Shown here: positions 24,336 to 35,954 of the stretch, piece after piece | How the letters are laid out: each line of letters starts with the position of its first letter | Position numbering within the stretch: position 1 is the first letter of the stretch | Assembly (NCBI GenBank): GCA_030390025.1 | Contig: CM059430.1 | Coordinates: 3,906,001-3,970,000, forward strand | Source: Squalus acanthias | Lineage: Eukaryota | Length of the DNA stretch: 64,000 nt | Direction of reading: 5' to 3' | The notes under the pieces: generated by a model | What the model saw: the letters and a program-made list of their open reading frames with translations, nothing else | Databases searched by the model: none | Told to the model about the DNA's origin: nothing | Position numbers and translations under genes: made by a program

Positions 24336-24842
24336 TATATACTTTTTAAACCAGGTTTGTCATTTTTAATTTTGCTTTTCCTGGTGCGCAAGTTTAAGAT
24401 CGGTGGAAAAGAAAAGTGGACCAATACATGTGAGCTGGTATTCGACAGTCCACACTCGACATTCTTTCGGTCTTATTCATTCATAGACAACCAAACCCAT
24501 CGATGTAACAGTCCTGTTAATATAGTTATATTTAATGCTCAGATGCCACACCTTACCCAGTCCAGCTTGTTTTGTCAAATTCTTCCAACATCTGCTCTTT
24601 CAGCTCTCACAACTAGAAAGTCAAAACAACTACTGGGCCTGAACTGGACTGTGTGACAAGGCACTAAAAATATAGAACAAGAAAGGGACCAGTTTCTTGA
24701 CTTATAAAACTGCACCATAAATCCCTAAGTGCCCCAATGGCTCTGTGACTAATGCCAGTGCCCAGTGTGATACTAAGCCACACAGGCTATGATCAGACCC
24801 TGCTCTCGGGCAAGATAGCTGATGCTCCCCACAACAACCCTG

Positions 24843-24988
24843 AGAAGTCGCACAACACCAGGTTATAGTCCAACAGTTTTATTTGAAATCACGAGCTTTC
24901 GGAGCGGCTGCTCCTTCGTCAGGTGAAGAACTTTACCTGACGAAGGAGCAGCAGCTCCCCAGTCCAACACCGGCATCTCCGCATCATG
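24843..24988. mobile_element. Penelope-like element pLTR remnant (inverted arrangement) with 12-bp TSD
   Basis: Exact TSD ACAACAACCCTG at 24831-24842 and 24989-25000. Internal inverted segments CTGCTCCTTCGTCAGGT / ACCTGACGAAGGAGCAG, plus a hammerhead core typical of PLE pLTRs. Confidence 0.8.
24889..24926 (-). ncRNA. Minimal type I hammerhead ribozyme motif
   Basis: Minus-strand RNA UCAC-CUGACGA-A-GGAGC-AGCC-GCUCC-GAAAG-CUC-GUGA has the conserved CUGANGA and GAAA boxes, a 5-bp stem II, stem I UCAC/GUGA, an NUH triplet CUC, and palindromic AGCU in place of stem III. Confidence 0.75.
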
Positions 24989-26349
24989 ACAACAACCCTG
25001 GCAGATACCATAATTAGTCTCTGTCTATGAGGATAGAAAGGGGGGGGGGGGGGATCTAAGCCATGGTTCTTGCTCCTATCCAGTCCCTGAGCCTGTGGAG
25101 CATTTATGGATTTATTTAAGGCTGCAGTTTTACAGGTAAAGAAACTGGTCCCTATCTTGTACCTCCATGTCTCTGCCAAAATCAGTCTGTAACAGATCAC
25201 TGACAAAGTGCGTGATGGTGCTGGATTGGGAATGGGGGGGGAGGGGTAGGAGGAGGGAATTACAATTAACAGAAGAAGAGAGATGTTTCCTCTGTAATTA
25301 ACAACCTGCCAACTGAATCACGGGAAAACGCGCCTTTGATACATCAGATTTTTGAGAATGTATTTTTATTTGGGGTGGTTAATGAAAGAGAATAAAAGGC
25401 ATCCTCCTGCTTTTTTGTTAAAAGAATTTCACCCTCAGGGTGACTTGGCCTTAAATGTTTCCAACCTCCCTCAATCTCTAGGAAGAAGCGCGCACCTTCT
25501 CTTCAAATAGCTCAAAGCAGATTGGTGAATGTGGCCGACCGCCACTTTGAAGGGCACTTTTTTTCCCCGAAAAAAATAATAATTCTTTGTGGTCTATATT
25601 GTGATAAAGCAAAAAAACATACTGCAGTTAATTCCTAGAATATGCCGGCACCAGTATCTCAATACGTAATACTTCTTTATTATATTAATATATTCAGAGA
25701 AAAATCTAGCTACTGGGAAATACCACATGGATACTTTTGTATGTATTAGAGCACATCTTATCAAAAGTATGATAAATCAGGCAGAATTCTGCTTCTAACC
25801 TTCGCAAGTGTGTATTGACCACATATTGTAGTGTTCTAGGAAAAGCTGATAGCACAACCTTGCGTTCAAAAAGCCACATCTTTGTAAACACATTTACCAT
25901 TGTCAGCAAGCTTCTCTTTATTGTACAAATGCTACCGAGTACTGAGGAGAATTGCCCTAAGGATTACTACGACACTAATCAAATGGGTATTTGTATCTTA
26001 CCAGGTCTGAAATTGATCAAAACGATCAATCGCAGATCAGTTCTACAAGGCCTCATTAGCTTTGTGCAAACATAGTTAACAAGTGCTTTTCAACCAGTTC
26101 CAGAACCCAGACGGAAATCATTCAATTGAGTTGATTTTCCCCGATATTGAAAAGTTGTTGTACTGTGCTGGCATGGAGACAGTTTAAAAATAGGGAAACA
26201 AATGTAACTGTTCTCAATTTTTGTTAACAATTATCAGCCCCAGTCAGATTATTTTGATACGTTTAGACAAAGAGTGTGCACTAATCAGTGGATTAAACTG
26301 CATTTCTCAGGTACTGGAGTATCTAAACTAATTCAGAATTAGAGCATTA

Positions 26350-26790
26350 TTGGATGGCCAAGAATTCGCAACGGCTGCAACATTCTAAGTGCAAACACCA
26401 GATATGATCAACCTTTCCGGATTCCTTTGACTTTCCCTTAACAGCTCGCTGGACAACAGGAGCTTTTATAGCTCACCAAAATAATCATATGGTCACCGAC
26501 CCAACAGGCCATCAACCAGGATTCGACTGGTCACGTCGTAGTTGGGAGCTCCTCGACCACTTTCGAACTGGACAGGGGACAGTGTGCCTCAAATCTTCAC
26601 CTATGGGGCCTACACATGTGATGGCGACACATGTCCTTGCAGACAAATACAAGCCATGCCCCATGTCGGTGAATCATGCCCGCAAATTAAACTACCTGGT
26701 GACCTACTTGCTTTGCATGCTGGTGATGACAGTGCTCCAAGATGGCTGAAATGATATGCTGAGGCTGCATATGTTAAATAATAACAATAA
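26350..26790 (+). mobile_element. Vingi/Ingi-type non-LTR retrotransposon 3' end
   Basis: DPTGHQPGFDWSRRSWELLDHFRTGQG, then after frameshifts TCPCRQIQAMPHVGESCPQIKLPGDLLALHAGDDSAPRWL (C-terminal CCHC-type finger). The tail is (TAA)n-like: AAATAATAACAATAA. Confidence 0.75.
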
Positions 26791-27625
26791 AGGCTAAAGA
26801 GCCTTAATTTCTCCTGTCTATCACCGTATCTCAATCTTTTGATACCAAGGATGAACCTTGTGGCTCTTGTTCTGCATTGCCTCCTTGGCTTGAATGTTTC
26901 CTTTTATGTTTTGTGTTCCGCTTTGGCCACCAATTCTCAAGGTACAGACTGACCAGGGTACTATACAGTTTTGGCATGACATCTTCTGACTTATACCCAA
27001 CTGATCTAGCAATACAATTCAGCATTCTGTTCACTGTTTATTGCTGCTCCACCGCGATCTGACATGTTAAGTGCCGTATCTACTATCAGATACCTTTCTA
27101 CTTCCTCTTTAGCTATTTTTACACCATCCATAATATACTTAAATACCCAGTTTCCTTCCAATGTCTTGCACTTGTCTGTAATGAATTTCATCTGCCACTG
27201 ATTTGCCCATTTGCAGATTTTATCTAATTATTTTTGTAGTTTCCTTACTGATTCCACCAACATGACTGCCCTCTAGCTTAGTAACATCTGCAAATGTGAC
27301 CAATTTGCATTAGGTTTCCAAATCCAATATAGATTAGCAACAGTAGGCACAGTCCACTCAGGTAGGCACAGTCCACTCAGGTAGGCACAGTCCACTCAGG
27401 TAGGCACAGTCCACTCAGGTAGGCACAGTCCACTCAGGTAGGCACAGTCCACTCAGGTAGGCACAGTCCACTCAGTCCTTCCCCACTCCTGCTATCATTC
27501 GAACAAGACCCCACTGCCTTCTTTCCTTCAGGCAATTCCTCACCAAGTTCAACAGTTTACCTTGAATTCCCACTGCTTTCAGTTTTAGTAGCTGCATTTT
27601 GTCGGTAACTTTACTGAATGGTTTG
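26791..27625 (-). mobile_element. Old degraded CR1 ORF2 fragment
   Basis: Minus-strand peptides KFADV-like (~27285), MKFITDKCKTL, NRMLNCIARSVGYKSEDVMPKLYSTLV, RQEKLRLFSL. Confidence 0.75.
27343..27475. repeat. 19-bp minisatellite x7 (GTAGGCACAGTCCACTCAG)
   Basis: Seven exact units, embedded in the CR1 relic. Confidence 0.97.
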
Positions 27626-27768
27626 AACAGCTGTCCTTTCACCTTTGGGGCTTACGGTTCCTCCATCTGCTGACTGTAAGGGTCTTTTGTGAAGTGATTT
27701 TACTGCCATTTTCTAGTGGGGACCAGTCAGTGCTCAACTGAAATGAGGAGGAAAATTCTATTGATTGC

Positions 27769-27868
27769 ATTTTCGTCAACGAGACTAAAATTAGGACTGA
27801 AACCTTTATGACGATTAAAACTAGTAAAGACTAAAACTAAAAAAAAAAGATATTTCTGTGACTAAAAC
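27769..27868. mobile_element. Possible DNA-transposon subterminal relic with GACTAAAA repeats
   Basis: ATTTTCGTCAAC followed by repeated GACTAAAA/ACTAAAAC motifs, resembling fish non-autonomous DNA transposons as I recall them. Confidence 0.35.
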
Positions 27869-28724
27869 AGCAGTGGTACATGTCTGCAGCATCTATTGCC
27901 TCCCCCCCCCCCGCAACCACCACCACCAACTGCACAATTGGGTCATGAGTTTGTTGGTGGGGGAACAGAAGCTCCACGTAGCTGCAGCAAGGGCTGCTCT
28001 TCTGAAGCTGGGGTTAAGGCATTTTCTTTGATGGGGCGGGGGGTTGCAGAGTCGAGGGAACTTTATTCAGTAACAGTCATGCTACATCCGATCTGGGAGT
28101 GCCTGGTACAGATACTGGGTACAAGAAGTGAAAAAATATTTCACTCTCTTTCCGTCTAGCGTTATCAAGCAGTGGTTAAGTACAGATTCTATTAATATTA
28201 GATTACCATTGTACCGATAAGCTAATTCTTAGCTTTTACTTTTAAAGATAAGCACTTTGCGCAGTCAAAGTATTTGCAGAGTTTCCAGGGTTACACACAG
28301 TCACACGATGCCTGAAATCATGATGCTATATTATCTGGGGCAGTGAGAAGGTGCAACGGCCAGCATTTAAACTATTAAAAAAAAGTTGCATTGTTTCTGA
28401 AGTTAAACAGCTTCTTTCACCTGATGTTCTATTCCATTTAAAGTACTGTGCTCAAAAATGTAAAAAAAAAAATAGAATTTGCGGAAAAGCCAGTGCACAT
28501 GTTCATACAAGCTTTCGGAAGCTGCAGGCGTGAGAACTGTGACTTAATCCACTGGTACAATCAATCTTTCAGCAGCAGGCAAAAAGAGGTAGCAGAGGTG
28601 AAGTTTTCACCACTGTGACGGTGCTCTAGTCGGTTAAAGCATAGTTCAGGTACTCTTATACTACAGCTAATGGTTTGAGACTGGTGCCTGCTGAGAACAG
28701 CACAGCTGATCCCAGTTTTCGGGT

Positions 28725-29140
28725 CCCCCCCCTCCGCCCCACTGATTTTCTCCCTTCCTGAAACCTCGATACTTGCTGGTGTAGTTTCTCAAGTGCCAGA
28801 CACCCTTCAGTACCTCGCCCAAGTGACCATCCTTCATGTGTGAGCATCTGCCAACAAGCTATTCAACCACGGGGGACATCACATTCAAGTCCAATCTTGT
28901 CCTAACCTGATGCTCTCACACACGCATTTCCAGCAGAAATCACTGGATAGCAGCCATAAGCGAGAACCTTGATCATTTTGTCCTTCCCTATCCTAAGAGC
29001 ACTGGGACTAGCTGTAGCACCCCCCGACTGCTGTCCCAGTTGACATCAGCTAAACCACCACAGACCAAGGACTGAACCTGGAATCTTCCTGGTCCATAAG
29101 GTTCTGCTACTCACTGTATTAAGCAACAGAGCCATCGGGA
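28725..29140 (-). mobile_element. Family 'S' SINE, near full length
   Basis: AGTACCTCGCCCAAGTGACCATCCTTCATGTGTGAGC...CATCAGCTAAACCACACAGACC...GAGCCATCGGGA is the reverse complement of the family. Confidence 0.75.
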
Positions 29141-29819
29141 GAGCGCCAAGACCTGAGTTATGCTGCTGGCTCCATGTTGCTCTCTGGTGTCTGAATATAG
29201 ATTCTCCCACTGAGTCGCTGGTCACATTAAAAAAGATTAATATTACAGTTTAAAAACCATTTGGGAACTTTTTAATTTTTTATTCATGTGGGCTGTGCAA
29301 AATTAGCATGCAAACATATCGACTATTTTAATGGAGGCATGAATGTATTTAAAATGAACAAGTTACCCCCTACATTAAAATAGTAGCTGAAGGAATTTCC
29401 TCTGGGTGCACAGTCCGACTTCTTTCCGACAATGTTACATTGAAAAAAGCACTTCTCTTATGGCACAAAACCAACATTTCCTTTATTTAAAACTAGAAAG
29501 TGAATTGGACGGAGTAGCAGCACTCGGAAGCACGATGTTAAAAGACACGCTACCCACTGCTGAATGGCATCTCAAATATATTTGCCCTTGAGTTAGATGT
29601 GATTAATAAATCAAGCTATGGTAAAAAGGAAAAGAAACAATACAATTATAAACCACATATATGCTTGCATTTAAAAAAAACCTAAAACAACAAAAAAGAG
29701 TTACATATCCTCAAACCAACAATTGTTGCCAGGCACAGTTATTTGGATGTGCACATAATAATACAGGAACTTCACCAAGTGCCCTGGGGGCTTCACTGCA
29801 TGTACAATAACCACAAATC

Positions 29820-30310
29820 TTTTGAGTGACTCATGTATTTACAAACCAAGACATGTTGAAATCAAAGGAAATACCACACAACATAATTTGCATCAACATG
29901 TCGGAGCCATTACAATTACGAGTCAGGCCACAAAAGGTGGAGCGCGTGCATCTTTCCAACTTGTACACTGCAATACTGTGACAGTTAGATCACTTTGAAC
30001 GGCTTCCGTTATTGTAAAAAAAAATTAAAGGGCAGCCCATTGTGACAGGTCATTGGCGGAGCAGAACTGCTTCAACTGGTTTTGTTTGTTAGGATCACAC
30101 TTCCAAACAGGAAATTATAGAGGCAAAGGCGCACTCCCAGCTTAGAAAACAGTCGTGGGAGATGCTTCATCAACATTTTAATCTTCTCACCCCTTTGCCC
30201 ACTTCGCCCTCCCGGGACTATACATTTCACACTTTGAGAATGAAGCTGTAAAGCGTGTATTTTCGGAGGCTGCCCAGTGCAACAATTGATGGCATGTCTG
30301 CAAACCATTC
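29820..30310. promoter_or_regulatory. Candidate enhancer with dense TF motif array
   Basis: AP-1, FOX, p53/p63-like half-sites, TCF, RUNX and octamer motifs lie nearly abutting in 29827-29902. Confidence 0.4.
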
Positions 30311-30443
30311 AAACAATATTGCACAAACAGTGGAGGATATCAAAATAAGTGAAGGACTTAACATGTTGTACACTGGTCACACACTTGTCAGCAAACTGTG
30401 AGGCAATGCCCAATCAAGGGGCTCAACAGAGTAGCTCAAGCAT

Positions 30444-30620
30444 CAACAACTTGCATTTATATAGTGCCTTTAACATAGTCAAACGTCCCGAGGCGCTGCA
30501 CAGGAGCCGAATCAGACAGAAACTGACACCGAGCCAGAGAAGGAGACATGTGACGAGAAGCTTGGTCAAAGGAGTGGGTTTTAAGGAGTGTCTTAAAGGA
30601 GGGAGAGAGGCGGAGAGGCT
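30444..30620 (-). mobile_element. L2-type LINE 3' end
   Basis: CAACAACTTGCATTTATATAGTGCCTTTAAC...GAGGCGCTGCACAG is the reverse complement of an L2 tail; the minus strand translates as SPSFKTLLKTHSFDQA. Confidence 0.8.
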
Positions 30621-32559
30621 CACAATTTACAATCGTCATCTGAACACTCAGCGTACGTTACTGTTTAAAATTATTTTTGAACTATCAGCTGTCTTTTATT
30701 TAGCAAATAAAAACCAAGTTGATTTCTCATCATTGCGACATATTTCATGTGTTGGTTTGACACTGTTGTTTGCAGTTGAAAGTGGTGCTATAGGACAGAA
30801 GGCATTACCGTTATATAATGTAGGTCCTGAAGGTGTATTAAGTCAAATGATCAACCTTTTAGCGTTGCAGAGTTAGCTTCACAATAGATTGCTAGAAAAC
30901 AAATTATCTTGATATTATAATGTAGTAATGGACACAAAACACTCTGCCAGATACTACATATACTGGTACGAGATTAATATTGCTAATTCTGGAATCACAG
31001 CCATGGGATTGCTAGAAATTGCCAGCGGCTATAACCCAGGGGTGCTGTTTAGCTCAAGTTTTACAACATCATTGAGGCTCCCAACTGTACTATAGGACTG
31101 CAAATTCTCAGCCAAAACTACAGAGTACAGAAGGGAGCTAAGAGTGGGTACTGTAAAAATCACAGGGAAAATCTTAAATCAGACTTTAGAAATGTGTTAG
31201 AAGGAACTTGCAACAGCTTAAGCAGAAAACAAACAAACATTTCAACAATTTCATTCTAATAGGGCAGTCAACATTTCCAGTGATTTAGATGTCGATGCTG
31301 CCAGTATCTTTGCGAATTTCTATCTTCTCATCCACAGAATTTACTGCTGATTAGACCTTTACTGTCGGGGTATGATGTCATCGCAATCCCTCAATTGCCC
31401 TATTTGGGAGTTTAGGACATGCCCCATTTACAGAGAAACGTACATGGATACATAGATGTGTGGAGTTGGCATCCTGGTTGTCAATGTCATCTCTTTCTGT
31501 CAGTTGGCTGCAAGAGTGGGGAAATATCCCCTCACATTGGGCCAGAACTTCCTATCAAAATGATGGTGAGGCTAATGGCACTCGCTGTTATTTATGCGTA
31601 AAGGCTACAGCAACTTCAGGCGAGGGGCAGATGTGCGATTAAACCCAAATATCCAAACGTTGCTGTCCAAGTTGCGCCACTCTGCCGTTAGCTCCGCGAA
31701 AGCAGCATCTCGCTTTCTGGCTCACTATTCATTGAGCGGCGTGAAGTTGTATTTGTGTGGTAGACACAAACTAAACTCGCGACAGAAAGTTAAATCTTGT
31801 CATTTCAAACACAAGTCCCCTTTTAACGACGTGATAGGTGTTAATTACTGCCAATCAACCTCGCTGGCACTGAAATTAATGATTAGAAGTGTGGAATCTC
31901 ATCCTTCAGGTTTTAATTGATGTTGGAGATGTTTAAAATGTCAAATTAAATTTTTTTAAACAATTTACTTTTCCTTTCTGTCTCTTTTTTACCTCTTAAT
32001 CTAATCTTTCTTTCCCTCTCTTTGGGCTGGATTTTACGGGGGGGTCAGCGGGCGTGATCGGTGGTGGGTCGGGTAGGAAAGTGTTTTTTTCCCCCCAACG
32101 GGTCAGGACCCCGCTGTGAACTCGCTGCCACGCGCCTTTACCAAATGTTGGGTCCGTCAGCGCTGAGCAGACCCAACACGCAGCGGCGGGGGAGGCAATT
32201 AAAATCATTAGTGGCTTGTTTACAGCCACTTATCAATGGTTTTTTCCCAGCTTTTTGGATTTGACAGGTCGCCCACCAGTTTCCCACTGTGCCTAGACCT
32301 CGTCTGTGAAGCTGAGGCGGGAGGTCAGTAGCCATTGAATCAGCTGATGAGTTGACAGCTTCAAATGTCAACTCAAAGCTCCCAGCTGATTGAGATATGT
32401 TCCCTTAACCACTAGCTTCTCTAAACTGCTTTTGCACTACAGATTCAGGATGCTGCAAGTCTTTACACAAGTCTCCATCCAGTCTGATCTCATTACCTCT
32501 CCCACCATTGACAGATCTCTTCTGTCATCTCTACTTCACCTGCCATCTATTCCATCAAC

Positions 32560-32783
32560 ATGGGTGCCCTTGAAACGCTCTCACTTTGGTCCTCAGAATC
32601 CCACCACGATCAGCCACAACACCAGCAGTACCAGGCGCATGAGGCACACCAGCAGCACCAACAACCACACCAACCTTCTCCGCAATCAACTGATGCTGCA
32701 CAGGACACAGGGCATCAGCACCCAACCACATTGCTGCCCGGGACGCCAGGGATGGCCTCACCATGGCCAGATTTACTTCACTT
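32560..32783 (+). pseudogene. Internally deleted Harbinger transposase remnant, copy 2
   Basis: ATG start MGALETLSLWSSESHHDQPQHQQ... joined out of frame to HIAARDARDGLTMARFTS. Confidence 0.45.
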
Positions 32784-33289
32784 GACGCTGTACACCCTGG
32801 CTGCCACATGATGCGCCAGGTTGGCACCACCCCACACCAACACCATAAAGCATCCCTACAATGATCAAGCCATTCCTTTCACACTCATCACCATTGCAGG
32901 GGGTAACGTTATGTCTCACCATTCACTGCAACTCACCAAATCACTTCCAAATGTGCACACAAATCTGTCCAAGAACGCAAAGTGTTGAAAATAAAGGTTT
33001 CAATGTTTGACAGCATATTAACAGAAACTTTACATGAACATTGCCTAAAACACCCAAGTGCCTACCCTTGTGTGTTGTTAGTTGGTATGATTGCACTAGG
33101 ATGAGGGCGCGTGTGAGGAGTGGCTAATGAGATGGGGATGTGATAATATAGATAGAGAGGGATGGATGGAGGTGCAAGGTAAGTTGGTGTGAGTAAGGTT
33201 GTGCAGGAGTAGGGTAGGGCAGGCAGAGTGATGGGGATGTGATGAGAGGCACAGCAGGCTGAAGGTGAGTGTGGCTTTGTACTAACGTT

Positions 33290-33483
33290 TCGTGATCTAC
33301 TGAAATCATTGAAACATTTGCAGCACTGCACCCAGGTCCTCCTGACGACATCTCTGCTTGTGACCTCCTCTGCAATGTGCAACCGTCGGAAGGGAAGAGA
33401 ACCTCTCTGTGTGCTGTGACTCCCTCCATAAGCATATGGAGGGAGTCATGGGAGAGCCTGGGTGCAGCCGTGCACCTCTGTGC
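33290..33483 (-). pseudogene. Harbinger Myb/SANT remnant, frameshifted
   Basis: AAPRLSHDSLHMLMEGVTAHREVLFPSDG, then a 37-bp deletion relative to copy 1, then LHIAEEVTSRDVVRRTWVQCCKCFNDFSR. Confidence 0.75.
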
Positions 33484-34161
33484 AGTGCTTGTCAGTGTTT
33501 GCAGCACCTCAATGCTGTAGAACACTGACAGCACCAATGTCAAAATAAAGTTGGCCATGGTCCCTTTAAGGAAACCGGCTGCTGACGCATCATCAAATGA
33601 CGTCACCAGACCCGCTTCCTCTAATTGGCCGGCAAACGCGCTGGGCAGGCTTAACAAGCCCAATCAGGGGAAATTCATTTCAGAGGCTGGGATGGAGACA
33701 GCAGTGGGGTCGGGACCTGCCAACGACATCGCCCGCCCCGGACCCGCTGAGGTTCGTAAAATCGCGGCCTTCATTTCTCTTTCTGTACTTGATTTGACAT
33801 TTAATTCACCCACTCTAAATTACACTTCCTTCTCAGTCCTTGCGCTGTTAATTTCACAATCCTTCAATCTGATTGGTTAAGGAGACACACAGTTGCTTGC
33901 CCTGTTCACTCAAAACCCAGATGCCCGGTTTCCCTCGCTGCGCTGTTATCAGCTCGCACTTTCAGCAACTTGCCATGCAAAAAAATTTAAAAACTTACAC
34001 ATGCAAGGGTATTTCTAACTAACGGCAGACGCCATTAGCTGCCCTGCTGCACCAAATTAAGGCCCATTGTGTTATCAGGCTGCCTGCAGTCGGTACTCAA
34101 GAATATATATAGAAATCTACCTATTTATAAACACAAGCTACTAAATATCTTAAACTCTCTT

Positions 34162-34510
34162 GCCCTATGTGCTGAATTAGCTGATCTAGAGGCTAGAGCA
34201 ACAATGGGCCATTAACATGGCCTTTAGTGTCCCTAGGTTAATGAAAGGGGGGGGGGGCGGGGGGGGGGAATATCAGGCAGAATTCCCACTACTTATATCT
34301 CTCCAGTGACTGATGCTGGAACGAGCATATATGTGGATGTCAGGTGAGGACAGATCAGGCTCAGTTGTGGCGCGCCACCCCACAAGGTTTGAATACCTTG
34401 TCTAGGATCACACTTGGAAGAACATTCAAACTACCAGAGAATGGCCAGCTCTCATGGAACTGTGCCCCAGCGTGCCTACTGAGGAGAGATGGGGAGAGAT
34501 GAGAGGAGAA
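34162..34510 (+). mobile_element. Family 'S' SINE
   Basis: TGTGCTGAATTAGCTGATCT...GTGGATGTCAGGTGAGGACAG...TGGAACTGTGCCCCAGC. Confidence 0.7.
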
Positions 34511-35954
34511 AAAAAAACAGGGATCAAAAGGGGGAGATGTTTCAAAACAAAATTCCCTCCTACCCTATCAGCCTCTCCCACCCATTAAGCATTCTATACA
34601 GACGGCATCAGGCTGGACCTTTAAATTCTGATTTATTAATGCTTACAGGTTTTATACAGGATTTATTGTACCCAAGTTAATATTAAACACAGCAATTTCT
34701 GCCTAAGGTGCCAGTGGAGGCTGAGTTTGTAGCACAGCAAGCTGTGTATATGCCCCAAACTTCCTAACTGCTGCTTCATTACTTGGAACACATTAAACAA
34801 CTGTGCATTGGGAGTAGAAAATGAGACTGTTAAACCAACCTGATATAATTCTCATCAACAAAGGAAAAGAGAACAGATCAATTAAGCCTCCACAGTGTAG
34901 CAACAAAGCATATCTGAGGCTGAGAGATTTAAAGGAATTGACTGCAGAAGACACTCTTGGTCGACAAGTAAGGAGGGCCAGTTTTAAATGCCGTCCAAAA
35001 ATGTGTGTGCGTACGTGGCAGGAGGCGAGGACAGGGGTGTCTGGGGGGAGCAGAAGGATGGAAGAAGAGAAGACTTGGAAAAATACATCTCGTTGATGGC
35101 TTAAAGGGCCAAAATGTGAAGGACTTTTGACAGTCTTTACTGTGTTAAGCCGAGTGAATATGAGGTCGGAAACAAGGACAGCTGCTCTAGAAACTATTAA
35201 CACTAATGGTTTTCCACAATATCCTCAGACTGTACTTTGGCTATATATACTCTGACTGTATTAACTAAATTCAGTCAATATCATACACACCATTGCTACA
35301 TGAATTGCAACAGCTCACCTTGAAATTTTTCAATTAATAAAAGTAGCCCACTGCCTGGGCAGAGAATGTACTGCTGTACAGTCTTCGTGAACAGGCAGTT
35401 AATCAAATGACTAATAGATCACCTTGAGTAAATGTGTTCAATAAAATGTTACTCACAGTATATAATAATGCACTCCTGAAAGTAAAGTGAGTGTATCAGG
35501 AACACATCTGGAAATATTTCATCGCAGAAATGCTGATTTCCTGTGTGTGGACCTCTTGAGTAAATACCTTCAATAAAACATTAGCCCTATCTTCATCACA
35601 ACAATAGCTCCCTGTAGTAAATGGAGTTCACTGAGAATGTTTCCGGGTTAAAAAAAAAATGTTTCTGCTGTAATTTCCTTCTGTGTAATTATACAGCAGT
35701 TGCTCATAACACCCAGAAATATAAACATACTAAATGGGTTTTTTTAAACAGCATTACACATGCAAGAATGTGAAACTTCTAAGCTGTCTTCTGAGCTTCT
35801 GTGTAAGGGCTCCTCTGCAATTTAACACTGGTGCGTTACTCTGCACTGCTTGCTTTCTTTAAAGCCCCGATCCCTACACAATTTTGGTAGATAGCGCAGA
35901 TCTCCTCTGAGAAAAACTTAATTTTAAACGTTATGATCCACAACAGTTTTTTTG

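Larger units (their letters stand above)
24730..25110 (+). mobile_element. Degraded family 'S' SINE interrupted by a Penelope-like insert
   Basis: CCCAATGGCTC...ACTAAGCCACACAG...TAGCTGAT head, and AGCCATGGTTCTTGCTCCT-ATCCAGT after the insert. Confidence 0.55.
32024..33769. mobile_element. Non-autonomous PIF/Harbinger element (~1.75 kb), copy 2
   Basis: TIRs GGGCTGGATTTTACG and CGTAAAATCGCGGCC; flanks TTT/TTC (degenerate TSD). The interior is collinear with 1414-3176. Confidence 0.85.
31539..34065. mobile_element. Harbinger-like MITE (~780 bp own length) hosting a nested Harbinger
   Basis: Termini GGGCCAGAACTT and AAATTAAGGCCC, with 3-bp TSD ATT on both sides (31536-38, 34066-68) and a subterminal GCTAATGGC inverted match. 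The pyrimidine tract is split by the insert at 32024. Confidence 0.75.

Noticed and set aside
30349-30876. 175-aa ORF
   Set aside because: It runs antisense through an L2 tail into AT-rich flank and has no recognisable domain.
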